Notes under the pieces: generated by a model
Seen by the model: only the letters and a program-made list of their open reading frames with translations
Told to the model about the DNA's origin: nothing
Databases searched by the model: none
Position numbers and translations under genes: made by a program
Part shown: positions 16,893 through 25,995 of the stretch, piece by piece
Layout of the letters: each line of letters starts with the position of its first letter
Position numbering within the stretch: the first letter of the stretch is position 1
Origin: a virus
Taxonomy: Duplodnaviria; Caudoviricetes
Length of the DNA: 40,726 nucleotides
Strand: one strand, 5' to 3'
Virus record (IMG/VR): IMGVR_UViG_3300037195_000167
Span: 1 to 40,726 of that record

Positions 16893-18340
16893 TGGAAATA
16901 GTACGAGAATATGGCAAATTTACTTGTTTAGATTTAGACCGTGGCATAAAGATTATTATTCAGCAAATATCAGGCAAGGGATACACAAAAGAAGCCCTAT
17001 TGAGAGTTGAGGCTAAGAATGATTTCGGAGAATACGTTGTTATAGAGGAAGGGCGCAACAACATCTCCAGTGTGCAGTCTAGGGATAACTTTGCTGACCG
17101 AATCGAGAGGCGTGTGCGTGGTAATGAACGCAAGGGCGATGAGGGTATGCAACACATTTTCGGCATAAATAGCCCTCTGATTATAAACGATTGGCATAAA
17201 ACCTTTAGGGATGCATGTCAGGGAGCTTTGAAAAAGCACTATCAGGGAAAACCGCCAAAGAACCTGTATGAGGATAGCACTGAAGATGATGATGTCTGGA
17301 GGATACCAGTGCTGTTATCTGAAGATACAAACTTCATATACGGCAATGCAGGGAGCGGTAAATCCTACCTCAGCATAATCTGCGGTCAAGCCATACAGCA
17401 CGGAGTGTCCGTATGCGATTTGCCAACAGTACAGGGTAATGTCCTATTTATTGATTACGAAACTAACCACAAGAAGATGCGTAGGAGATTCCGTAGGGTC
17501 GATAAAGGGTTAGATGTCTATGGCGATCATATGCTGTATATAGAAGCCGAGGCTCCACTGTCAAGCATGGTTGATGCTGTGCAAGATTTGATAATTGCAC
17601 ATTCGATAGATTTCATCATTGTCGATTCGTTTGCTCGTGCGGTAGGTAGCAAGATCACTGAGGAAGAAAACGTTATACAGTTTTTCAATACACTAAAAGA
17701 ACTGGATTTACCTTGCCTCATCGTGCATCACACGAACAAAGCAGACGAGTATTACGGAAATACGTTCATACGTGCATACGCTCGCAATCTTTGGAGATTG
17801 CGAAGTGTTCATGTTGACGGTGAACAGGCTTTATCAATACAACTAGAGCAGGAAAAGGAAAATGACGGACCGTCTCAAGGCACGTTGGGCTTTTTGTTGA
17901 GATTTGAAGGAGACGAATACGACCCTGACTCAGTTACGCTTTCATTACAGGATCCTAACTCGATACCAGAACATAGGAAATATAACGCAAAAGGCTTGAT
18001 CGAAGTGCTGAGTGTTTACCTAGAGGAAACACCTTTCCACAAAATGGAGTTAGGCGATAATAACGACGAACTTATCAAAAACATAGGGCTGAAAAGAGGC
18101 AGGAAACCTGACGACAGTAAAATTGAAACACTGAGGACGTATATTTGGGATTTATCAAGAGAGGTAGACATCAAACTGAAAAAATACAAACGGCTGAATG
18201 AGTTGATGCACTTAGATTACGATCCCGAAACAGGCAAACCGAAATATCTGTGTTTGAATACGACACTTGGAAATACTCAACAAACTGAATTCGTTATACA
18301 GGAAAACGATGATTCTAAAGGGACGGTAAACATCGCATGA
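16889..18340 (+). CDS. RecA-fold AAA ATPase/helicase (RepA/AAA_25-like)
   Basis: Walker A YGNAGSGKS, VLFIDYE, Walker B IIVDS, IVHHTNK. Confidence 0.88.
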   Translation: MMEIVREYGKFTCLDLDRGIKIIIQQISGKGYTKEALLRVEAKNDFGEYVVIEEGRNNISSVQSRDNFADRIERRVRGNERKGDEGMQHIFGINSPLIINDWHKTFRDACQGALKKHYQGKPPKNLYEDSTEDDDVWRIPVLLSEDTNFIYGNAGSGKSYLSIICGQAIQHGVSVCDLPTVQGNVLFIDYETNHKKMRRRFRRVDKGLDVYGDHMLYIEAEAPLSSMVDAVQDLIIAHSIDFIIVDSFARAVGSKITEEENVIQFFNTLKELDLPCLIVHHTNKADEYYGNTFIRAYARNLWRLRSVHVDGEQALSIQLEQEKENDGPSQGTLGFLLRFEGDEYDPDSVTLSLQDPNSIPEHRKYNAKGLIEVLSVYLEETPFHKMELGDNNDELIKNIGLKRGRKPDDSKIETLRTYIWDLSREVDIKLKKYKRLNELMHLDYDPETGKPKYLCLNTTLGNTQQTEFVIQENDDSKGTVNIA

Positions 18341-18456
18341 GACTAAAAAAACGTTATATCGGCATAGCTATGACCATTCTTGCAGGAATCGCCCTAACAG
18401 GGGCGAAATTATCACAGAAACGATCAAAAACGCACAAGGCGTACGTTACATGGTAA
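18337..18456 (+). CDS. 39-aa single-TM peptide
   Basis: ATGA overlap with the helicase stop; MRLKKRYIGIAMTILAGIALTGAKL... Confidence 0.55.
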   Translation: MRLKKRYIGIAMTILAGIALTGAKLSQKRSKTHKAYVTW

Positions 18457-18535
18457 GAATACACATCCGACGCACAGAAATGCAGAAATAGTGCGTCTCC
18501 TGATGCGTAAAACGATGATTAGGCAGGGAGAAACG

Positions 18536-19528
18536 ATGATAATGACGAATAAGAACATAACTGTCTTAGTTACTGGTGGAGCAGGCTTTATAGGGAGCCA
18601 CTTGTGTACACGGCTAATAGACTCTGGCTATAACGTTATTTGCCTTGATAATCTTTCGACAGGCAGTTTGAGCAATATTGCTCACTTAGTGAAGCGTACA
18701 CCTCAGTTTTACTTCCAAAGGGCAGATGTTGAGTATCTGCCCAGATTGTATCTTGAAACTGTTGCACAAAACGTAGATGCTGTGATCCATTTGGCGTCTT
18801 TAGCTAGTCCTGTTGCCTATATGACGTATCCGCTAGAGACGCTTTCTGTCGGTTCTCTCGGAACCAGAGCAACGCTCAATTTCGCATATAAGCATCAGGC
18901 ACGTTATCTGTTGGCTAGTACGTCTGAAGTATACGGCGATCCTCTCGTCCATCCACAATCAGAAGAATATAACGGTAACGTAAACCCTATAGGCGTACGT
19001 TCTGTATATGACGAGAGTAAACGGTTTGCAGAATCCATAACTACGACCTATATGCGTTATCACGGACTCGATATCCGCATAGCACGCATTTTCAATACGT
19101 ACGGTACTCATATGCAGGTAAATGACGGTAGGGTTATTTCTAATTTCATAAATCAAGCCATTACTGGCGAACCTATAACGGTATATGGTGACGGAACCCA
19201 GACACGTAGTTTCTGTTATGTGAGCGATACTGTAGACGCCCTTATGCGTCTACTCAACAAGGAAAGTTCTGACCTACCTCCAGAAATACGTTTATCGGAT
19301 CCTATCAATATTGGAAACCCTATAGAACAGCAAATTATCGAAATTGCTAATACTGTAAAAACGATCACCAATAGTAACAGTCCTATACAGTACAAACCGT
19401 TGCCAAGTGACGATCCGAAAAAACGTCAGCCTGATATAACGAAAGCAAAAAAGATACTGGAATGGGAGCCGAGAGTGAGTTTGGAGGAAGGAATTGTGCG
19501 GACTTATCAATATTTCAAAGATTTGTAA
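18536..19528 (+). CDS. uxs: UDP-glucuronate decarboxylase (UDP-xylose synthase), extended SDR
   Basis: TGGAGFIGSHL, HLASLASP, ASTSEVYGDP..HPQ.E.Y.GNVNPIG.RS.YDESKR, DGRVISNF, GDGTQTRSFCYVSD, DDPKKRQPDI. Confidence 0.92.
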   Translation: MIMTNKNITVLVTGGAGFIGSHLCTRLIDSGYNVICLDNLSTGSLSNIAHLVKRTPQFYFQRADVEYLPRLYLETVAQNVDAVIHLASLASPVAYMTYPLETLSVGSLGTRATLNFAYKHQARYLLASTSEVYGDPLVHPQSEEYNGNVNPIGVRSVYDESKRFAESITTTYMRYHGLDIRIARIFNTYGTHMQVNDGRVISNFINQAITGEPITVYGDGTQTRSFCYVSDTVDALMRLLNKESSDLPPEIRLSDPINIGNPIEQQIIEIANTVKTITNSNSPIQYKPLPSDDPKKRQPDITKAKKILEWEPRVSLEEGIVRTYQYFKDL

Positions 19529-19539
19529 AGGAGGACACG

Positions 19540-19782
19540 ATGCCAGAACTGGGAGAAATACGACTATCTAAAGATATTGGTAGAAACGGTCATTATTACG
19601 TCAAATGGTCAGAATGTCAGGACTGCAAAAAACAGTACTGGAAAAGAACGACTAAAAATAACAGTTCTTTTACGGCACGCCAAGATGCCGTTAGATGCAA
19701 GGATTGCAACGTTCTAAGACAGAAAGGCTATATGCACCACCTAATGGAGGACAAGATAACCGATAAAGACTATATCTGGTAA
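19540..19782 (+). CDS. Zinc-finger protein (CQDC...CKDC)
   Basis: RBS AAGGAGG before ATG 19540. Confidence 0.75.
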   Translation: MPELGEIRLSKDIGRNGHYYVKWSECQDCKKQYWKRTTKNNSSFTARQDAVRCKDCNVLRQKGYMHHLMEDKITDKDYIW

Positions 19783-19783
19783 G

Positions 19784-19847
19784 TTTGTTGTGTTGTGTTG
19801 TAGTTGTGGTCTATAAGACCACACTACAACAACACAACTACAACAAA
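19784..19847. repeat. Long imperfect palindrome of GTTGT/ACAAC units around a TATA core (site 1)
   Basis: TGTGGTCT-ATA-AGACCACA core with flanking inverted 5-mer iterations. Confidence 0.9.
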
Positions 19848-19873
19848 GTACAACATACCGAAAGGAGCTAATA

Positions 19874-20245
19874 ATGCCATCTAATAAAACGGCTAGATCG
19901 AGAGGTAACAAAGCAGAAGCATTACTGCAACAACGTCTTACTGATTGCGGCTATGAGACACGGAGAACGCACTTATCTGCGTTCCCTGATATCGTGGCAT
20001 GGAATGATACGGACTTCCTTCTTATCGAAGTAAAATCACGCACCGTGGGGGCTAATGCCGTCAGTAAAATGTCAGTAATAAACAAGGCTCTCAGTGTGTT
20101 CAGGAGAAGCGCAAAAGACCTAAAAGTTGTGCATAACGATGCACATTTGCTATGCTATTTGTACATTAGTGGTCAATGGATAGCATACGAGAAAACAGAT
20201 TCAGGCATGATCGAAGTACCAGTTATAGGCGTGGAGGCAACATAA
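19874..20245 (+). CDS. Holliday-junction resolvase-like PD-(D/E)XK nuclease (Hjc-like)
   Basis: RGNKAE, FPDIVAW, LIEVKS. Confidence 0.75.
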   Translation: MPSNKTARSRGNKAEALLQQRLTDCGYETRRTHLSAFPDIVAWNDTDFLLIEVKSRTVGANAVSKMSVINKALSVFRRSAKDLKVVHNDAHLLCYLYISGQWIAYEKTDSGMIEVPVIGVEAT

Positions 20246-20757
20246 TGGCTAGGAAAACAGGGGCGAGCCGAAGGCAAACGCTGAAAGTTAGGGAGCGTCA
20301 ACAGCAAGCCGTTGAGTTACGCAAGGCAGGAGCGACGACTAAACAGATCGCCAATCAGCTAGGATACGCATCGCCTGCAGGCGCATATAAGGCGATCATG
20401 CGAGAACTGGAGGCGACCGCTAATGCTCAGAGCGAAGGCACGGAAGCTGTGCGTCAGTTAGAGATACAGCGTCTCGACCAGATGCTGTTCCCGATATGGC
20501 AACAAGTTATATCGGGAGACGTACAGGCTATCACGACAGCTTTGCGTATACAGGAACGTCGAGCGAATCTGTTAGGGCTTGACGCACCGAAGCAGATAGA
20601 AGCAAGAGTTAGGGTGGACGTTATCAGTTGGAATCAAGCGATCAGAGACTTCCTTGATCTGTATAAAGAACTGCACGGTAACTCACCAGAAGCACCTGTG
20701 CTGATGGACAGATTAGACAAGCTCGGTCAAGAAAGATTCGCAGGGATAGTGACCTAG
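20245..20757 (+). CDS. terS: Terminase small subunit (HTH)
   Basis: AVELRKAGAT..QIANQLGY HTH, RLDQML, ERRANLLGLDAP. Confidence 0.75.
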   Translation: MARKTGASRRQTLKVRERQQQAVELRKAGATTKQIANQLGYASPAGAYKAIMRELEATANAQSEGTEAVRQLEIQRLDQMLFPIWQQVISGDVQAITTALRIQERRANLLGLDAPKQIEARVRVDVISWNQAIRDFLDLYKELHGNSPEAPVLMDRLDKLGQERFAGIVT

Positions 20758-20796
20758 GGATCCCTGAAGCAAGCTCCCAGAAGGCTTCGCACTGGG

Positions 20797-20893
20797 AGCC
20801 TACTGATAGCCTACTAAAGCACGCTAGCCTACTAAAAGTGCGCTGTCAGTAGTCTGCCTACTGGAGCCTACTAAAAGCCTACTGGAGCGTACT
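20797..20893 (+). repeat. Seven (A)GCCTACT-like direct repeats, candidate packaging site
   Basis: Copies at 20797, 20808, 20826, 20855, 20865, 20876 and 20886 (AGCGTACT), directly downstream of terS. Confidence 0.85.
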
Positions 20894-21030
20894 AAAAAAA
20901 CGAAAGCGAAACTGAACAGGTGAACGGTTACATCAACCGTGCGGCAAACGTGGCGAAAGCGTACGTCTCCGTGCGTCAGGAAGTCGGCTAGCTTACATCG
21001 CAGACGAGGTCGGTCGGGATGAACAACCTA

Positions 21031-21036
21031 TATAAT
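21031..21036 (+). promoter_or_regulatory. TATAAT -10 box upstream of the ugd-terL operon (no clear -35)
   Basis: Perfect -10, 23 nt before ATG 21060; RBS AAGGAGG. Confidence 0.45.
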
Positions 21037-21059
21037 TTTAGTAGAAATAAGGAGGCAAG

Positions 21060-21872
21060 ATGTTAGTACATATAATCGGCAAGGGAGTTGTTGGAGGAGC
21101 AACTGGAAGGGGCTTTGAACGGTACGGTGTTGAGGTTATTTATTCGGATGATATCGCAATGCATCATAGAATGGATGAAGCAGGAGCGCATTTTATATGC
21201 ACTCCAGAAGATGCGGTATTGAGTGTTGCTGAGTTTCTGTTAGATGAAAAGATAAACGGTGATCTAATTATACGTTCAACTGTACCGCCGGGTACTACAA
21301 TGGACTTAGCTTTAGAGTATGACAGAACGGTCTGGCACAATCCTGAGTTTCTGAGAGCTAGTTCCTCAGACGAAGATTTCCTAAATACAAAACAGACACT
21401 GATAGGATATGCTAGTCCTTGGCTAGAGAGTCCTGATGCTAGTGAGCTTGATTGGTTTTTAGCAACGTACAGAAAAATGCTAGTTGAGCCTGTGTTGTGC
21501 AGGTCAACTGAATCGGAATTTGCTAAGTTGGTAACTAATTCTTATCTCGCTACTCAGATTGGATTCTGGAACGAGATAAGCAGAATAGTTCACGGTTATA
21601 ACGGCACTGATGAGGTAAGGGATGCTGAGTCGTTTTATGTGAACAGCCACAGCATTGCTAAATTAGTAACTCTTGATCCTAGGGTATCAACTTATGGAGC
21701 CGTCATGCACGGTAATCCGTACGGAGGCTACTGTTTACCGAAAGACATCAAGCAACTTATGAACGTTGTTCCTGATCGAATCAAAGGCGGTATTTTAGAA
21801 GCAGTAGATACTGCCAATTCAGCATATGAATTAGATTATAGATTACTGAGAGGAGATAACGATGCAGATTAA
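21060..21872 (+). CDS. ugd: UDP-glucose/GDP-mannose dehydrogenase family protein lacking the C-terminal domain
   Basis: IIGKGVVG, IRSTVPPGTT, HNPEFLR, EFAKLVTNSYLA, catalytic YGGYCLPKD; only 270 aa. Confidence 0.88.
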   Translation: MLVHIIGKGVVGGATGRGFERYGVEVIYSDDIAMHHRMDEAGAHFICTPEDAVLSVAEFLLDEKINGDLIIRSTVPPGTTMDLALEYDRTVWHNPEFLRASSSDEDFLNTKQTLIGYASPWLESPDASELDWFLATYRKMLVEPVLCRSTESEFAKLVTNSYLATQIGFWNEISRIVHGYNGTDEVRDAESFYVNSHSIAKLVTLDPRVSTYGAVMHGNPYGGYCLPKDIKQLMNVVPDRIKGGILEAVDTANSAYELDYRLLRGDNDAD

Positions 21873-22941
21873 GAATCGTGTGAAGGAGCTAAGGTTAGTA
21901 AAGGCATCGGAAATAATTGCTAATCCTAAAAACTGGAGACAGCATCCGAAATCTCAGAGCAATGCTCTCAAGGGAATGCTATCTGAGATTGGATATGCAG
22001 ATGCTTTAGTAGCTTACGAAACTTCAGAGGGTTTGATGCTTATTGACGGACATTTGAGAGCCGAAACGACGCCAGACATGGAAGTACCTGTGCTTGTGAC
22101 CGACCTAAATGAACAGGAAGCTGACAAGTTGTTGGTTACACTTGACCCTTTGGGAGCGATGGCAAGGAGCGATAGGGGAGCATTGGATGAATTGTTAGGA
22201 AATATGACGCTCCAAGACCAACAAATGAAACAGATGCTTTCAAATATCAGGGCTAGGACTGAATTTGAGACTGAATATATTGATCCTAGAGAGCTTCATC
22301 CACATCCTCGCAACTATGTGAAGCATCCACAAGATCAGTTAGATCATCTTGTGGAAAGCATCCGTGAAAATGGATTATATCGCAACATAGTTGTAGCTCA
22401 GGACAACACCATTATAGCAGGACACGGTGTTGTAGAAGCATCGTTGCAAGTACCACTTGATTCAGTTGCCATTATTAGAATAGACGTAGATTCAGAGGAT
22501 CCTAAGGCTTTGAAACTGTTGGCGAGTGATAATGAGATATCTCATTTAGGAGAAGTTGACGACAGGGCTTTGACTGAAATGCTACGTGAGATAAAGGAAA
22601 CTACTCCGAACGGTTTGCTTGGCACTGGATATAACGATCAGATGTTAGCTAATTTGCTTATGGTTACGAGAACTCAAGACGAGATAAAGGACTTTGATAC
22701 TGCGGCAGAGTGGGTCGGTATGCCAGACTTTGAAGGAGTGACTCAGGAAGATAGGTTGCAGATCACGATGTACTTCGAAGATGAAGTGGCGAGGGGTAGG
22801 TTCATGAGTCAAGTAAAAGACACGATACCCAATTTTTCGCCTATCAAGAAATCTGAGCGTGCGTGGTACGAATGGTATCCGCATAAAGGCAATGAAGATG
22901 TAGGTTCCGTGAAATTTGTATCGAGTGAGAACGATGGTTAG
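21862..22941 (+). CDS. Tandem ParB/Sulfiredoxin-domain protein
   Basis: Two ParB-N modules (NPKNWRQH...LIDGHLR; HPRNYVKH...IIAGHG...DN) plus a C-terminal EWVGMPDF...WYP region. Confidence 0.85.
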   Translation: MQIKNRVKELRLVKASEIIANPKNWRQHPKSQSNALKGMLSEIGYADALVAYETSEGLMLIDGHLRAETTPDMEVPVLVTDLNEQEADKLLVTLDPLGAMARSDRGALDELLGNMTLQDQQMKQMLSNIRARTEFETEYIDPRELHPHPRNYVKHPQDQLDHLVESIRENGLYRNIVVAQDNTIIAGHGVVEASLQVPLDSVAIIRIDVDSEDPKALKLLASDNEISHLGEVDDRALTEMLREIKETTPNGLLGTGYNDQMLANLLMVTRTQDEIKDFDTAAEWVGMPDFEGVTQEDRLQITMYFEDEVARGRFMSQVKDTIPNFSPIKKSERAWYEWYPHKGNEDVGSVKFVSSENDG

Positions 22942-23695
22942 ATACCCGATCTACATACCGTCAAAAGGCAGATGGGCTAATTGCAAAACTGCAGATTTCC
23001 TACTGGAGGAAAATATACCATTCTATATCGTCGTAGAATCACAGGAAAAAGATTCCTATATTGAGAAATACGGCAAGGATAAAATTCTAGTCTTACCGTT
23101 TCAAGATGTCAGTAGCCCAAGCCCGATAAGGACATGGATAAAGCAACATTCGACGCAAGCAGGAGATAAGCGTCATTGGCAGATAGATGACAATATACGG
23201 AAAATCTACAAGTTCGACAAAGGCAAAGCAAATCCAGTAGACGCCCTCACAGCATTATCTGAATCTGAAAATTTTGTAGACCAATATCGCAACATTGCTA
23301 TAGCAGGACTGAAGAGTAAGGCTTACGGTTTCAATATCACTGCACCGTACAAAATAAACCAACAGGTTTATTGTTGCGTGCTTGTTCAAAACGACACTGA
23401 TCTTTTCTGGAGGACAAAGACACCGTGTGAAGATACTGATTATAGTTTGCAAGTTCTGGCGAGCGGTTTATGCACTTTGCTGATTCAGGTTTACCAGATA
23501 GATAAAATAAGAACAGGAGCCATGAAAGGTGGAAACTCAACTCATTATGCTAACGATGGCAGAGTACAGAGAGTTCGGGAACTTCAAAGGTTGTGGGGCG
23601 ATAACATTGTGAAACTAACCAGACGATATGGTAGACCTCAGCAGAATTTGAGCCACGTTTGGGCAAAATATAAGACACCATTGGAGCCAGTATGA
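22934..23695 (+). CDS. TAGT/GREB1-like glycosyltransferase 1
   Basis: YPIYIPSKGR, RTWI, HWQIDDNI, EDTDYSLQVL, MKGGN. Confidence 0.8.
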   Translation: MVRYPIYIPSKGRWANCKTADFLLEENIPFYIVVESQEKDSYIEKYGKDKILVLPFQDVSSPSPIRTWIKQHSTQAGDKRHWQIDDNIRKIYKFDKGKANPVDALTALSESENFVDQYRNIAIAGLKSKAYGFNITAPYKINQQVYCCVLVQNDTDLFWRTKTPCEDTDYSLQVLASGLCTLLIQVYQIDKIRTGAMKGGNSTHYANDGRVQRVRELQRLWGDNIVKLTRRYGRPQQNLSHVWAKYKTPLEPV

Positions 23696-24579
23696 ATAAT
23701 ATCTATCCTATCTACATACCGACAAAAGGTCGCTCTGACAAAAGCCTTACCGCCAAATGCCTTATACAAGATAAAGTGTCATTTTATTTAGTGGTAGAAC
23801 CGCAAGAATACGACGCGTACGCCGCACACTTTGGAAACGAACCACTTGCGACCATTCTAACCCTTCCCTTTTCCAACTTAGGGAAGGGTTCTATTCCTGC
23901 TAGGAACTGGATAAAACAACACTCCACTGAAAACGGTGACAAGCGACACTGGCAACTTGATGACAACTTGACTAGGTTTTATAGGGTTTATAAAGGAAAA
24001 CGGATCCCTTGCGAGGCAGGGATAGGTTTGCGTGTCACAGAAGATTTCGTTGATCGTTACACAAACGTAGCGATATCAGGACTGAATTATGATTTCTTCG
24101 GATTGAATGTAACTAAGCCCTACATACTCAATGCTCACGTTTATTCCTGCACGTTAGTTCTGAATGAAATAACTAACGAATGGAGGGGAAGATACAATGA
24201 AGATACTGATATGTGCTTACAAGTCCTAGCTGATGGGTGGTGTACAGTCCAGATGAATGCTTTCCTTGTCCACAAAATGAGAACGATGACTATGAAAGGT
24301 GGAAATTCAGACGAACTGTACAAAGACGACGGTCGTTTGAAAATGGCTAGGAGCCTCGAACGTCAGTGGAAAGGCGTTGTGAAAACAGGGCGCAGATTCC
24401 AAAGACCTCAGCACGTTGTTCATAAGGGATGGAGGAATTTCGATACGCCATTGATACGCAGAACAGATATAGATTTTGATAAATTAGAAAATAGCTACGA
24501 CATAAACTTGAAGCAAGTCGCAAGTACAATAAAAAGCAAAACTTTGCAGGAGTGGGTAAACAATGACAACGTCAAATAA
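23692..24579 (+). CDS. TAGT/GREB1-like glycosyltransferase 2
   Basis: YPIYIPTKGR, ARNWI, HWQLDDN, YSCTLV, WRGRYNEDTDMCLQVL, MKGGNSDELY; paralog of GT1. Confidence 0.82.
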   Translation: MNNIYPIYIPTKGRSDKSLTAKCLIQDKVSFYLVVEPQEYDAYAAHFGNEPLATILTLPFSNLGKGSIPARNWIKQHSTENGDKRHWQLDDNLTRFYRVYKGKRIPCEAGIGLRVTEDFVDRYTNVAISGLNYDFFGLNVTKPYILNAHVYSCTLVLNEITNEWRGRYNEDTDMCLQVLADGWCTVQMNAFLVHKMRTMTMKGGNSDELYKDDGRLKMARSLERQWKGVVKTGRRFQRPQHVVHKGWRNFDTPLIRRTDIDFDKLENSYDINLKQVASTIKSKTLQEWVNNDNVK

Positions 24580-25798
24580 CGTACCCCTTTTGATGGCTAG
24601 CGATTACTGGGCTGATACTGTTGAAGGGTGGAAACCGCTCCCTCATCAGGTTCCTCCTGATGGGGTTTGGGATGTATGGCTGTTGCTTGGAGGTCGTGGG
24701 TCTGGCAAAACTATGGCAGGTACGCATTACGTGCTTGAGCATTTGAGAAAATACGGTAAACATGCAAGGGTCGGCATCGGCGCACCGACGATTGCAGACG
24801 CTAGAGAGGTTTGCGCCGAGGGAGTTACTGGTTTGATAAACCTAGCTCCTACTGAGTTCAAATATAACAGATCAATCGGCGAAGCTCGACATATGAATGG
24901 CGGCTATGTGAAGTTCCAAGGATCAGAAGAACCTGCCCGATGGAACGGTCCTCAATGGTCGTTACTTTGGGCAGACGAATTAGCACTTTGGAATGAAGCG
25001 TCTTGGCATCAGGCACAGTTTGGATTGCGTTTAGGAGATCATCCGAAAGCCATCGTAACAACGACTCCAAAAAACAGACAATTCGTGCGTGATTTATCTA
25101 ACCTAGATAGTACAGCAACGGTAAAAGCAACAACTTACGACAACGTGAACCTATCGGAAACTGTTCAGGAGAGATTGCGACAGCAATACGGTGGAACCAG
25201 AATCGGTAGACAGGAACTCATGGCTGAGTGGCTCGACGATATTCCGGGTGCTTTGTGGAACTGGGCTATGATTCATACTGTACAGCATAAAGACATACCT
25301 GATCTGCACAGAATAGTCGTTGCAATAGACCCTGCCGTAACGAGCGGCGAAGATTCTGACGAGACAGGTATCATTGTTGTAGGAAGGGCAGACGAGAATA
25401 CTTTTTACGTTTTAGCAGATTACAGTGGAAGGTATTCTCCAGACGAATGGGCGTCAAAAGCTGTCAACGCTTTTGAGTCACATTCGGCAGATAGGATCAT
25501 CGGAGAATCGAACAACGGCGGCGAGATGATAGAACACACATTACGCACCGTAGACACATCAGTTCCGTATACCTCCGTACACGCTAGCCGTGGTAAAAGA
25601 ATGAGGGCAGAACCAATTGCGGCTTTATATGAACAGGGGAAAGTTTTTCACGCACCAAACTTAGCTACACTTGAAGAACAGATGGTGACATGGAGTCCAG
25701 ATTCAGTTTCAAGCCCAGACAGATTGGATGCTTTAGTCTGGGCGTTGACAGATTTATCTCAAAAAGGTAGACCGAATATAAGGTGGCTGATAGCATGA
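24563..25798 (+). CDS. terL: Terminase large subunit
   Basis: GGRGSGKT, WADELA, VTTTP, VAIDPA, DETGIIV, SPDRLDALVWA. Confidence 0.96.
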   Translation: MTTSNNVPLLMASDYWADTVEGWKPLPHQVPPDGVWDVWLLLGGRGSGKTMAGTHYVLEHLRKYGKHARVGIGAPTIADAREVCAEGVTGLINLAPTEFKYNRSIGEARHMNGGYVKFQGSEEPARWNGPQWSLLWADELALWNEASWHQAQFGLRLGDHPKAIVTTTPKNRQFVRDLSNLDSTATVKATTYDNVNLSETVQERLRQQYGGTRIGRQELMAEWLDDIPGALWNWAMIHTVQHKDIPDLHRIVVAIDPAVTSGEDSDETGIIVVGRADENTFYVLADYSGRYSPDEWASKAVNAFESHSADRIIGESNNGGEMIEHTLRTVDTSVPYTSVHASRGKRMRAEPIAALYEQGKVFHAPNLATLEEQMVTWSPDSVSSPDRLDALVWALTDLSQKGRPNIRWLIA

Positions 25799-25995
25799 GC
25801 ATATTACCGAAACTACGATGGAGAACTACTAGGGAATTGAAAGCTAATATATTCCCGACTATTATAGAGGCTGTCGGGTTCGGAATGGTAATAGGTGGAG
25901 TTTGGTTTTTGAATGAAATAATAGCTGTTATTATAACAGGGATCCTGCTCGTCGTAATTGCTCAGGTGATTTCATCAGGAAGGAATAGCCAGTGA
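25795..25995 (+). CDS. Small membrane protein between terL and portal
   Basis: Two hydrophobic segments; overlaps both neighbours. Confidence 0.7.
   Translation: MSILPKLRWRTTRELKANIFPTIIEAVGFGMVIGGVWFLNEIIAVIITGILLVVIAQVISSGRNSQ

Noticed and set aside
19784-19847. Protelomerase (telRL) hairpin-telomere site
   Set aside because: The palindrome is imperfect and duplicated, and no tyrosine-recombinase-like protelomerase was recognised.
20797-20893. CRISPR or mini-array
   Set aside because: Repeats are only 7-8 nt with 2-21 nt gaps, and there are no cas genes. The PD-(D/E)XK nuclease sits in a recombination context.
20900-21030. tRNA or known ncRNA in the terS-ugd gap
   Set aside because: Only short hairpins are present; I found no cloverleaf, T-loop or ribozyme core by eye.
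21862-22941. ParABS plasmid-prophage partition system
   Set aside because: There is no ParA, and no HTH follows the ParB-N domains. The context is terminase and modification genes.
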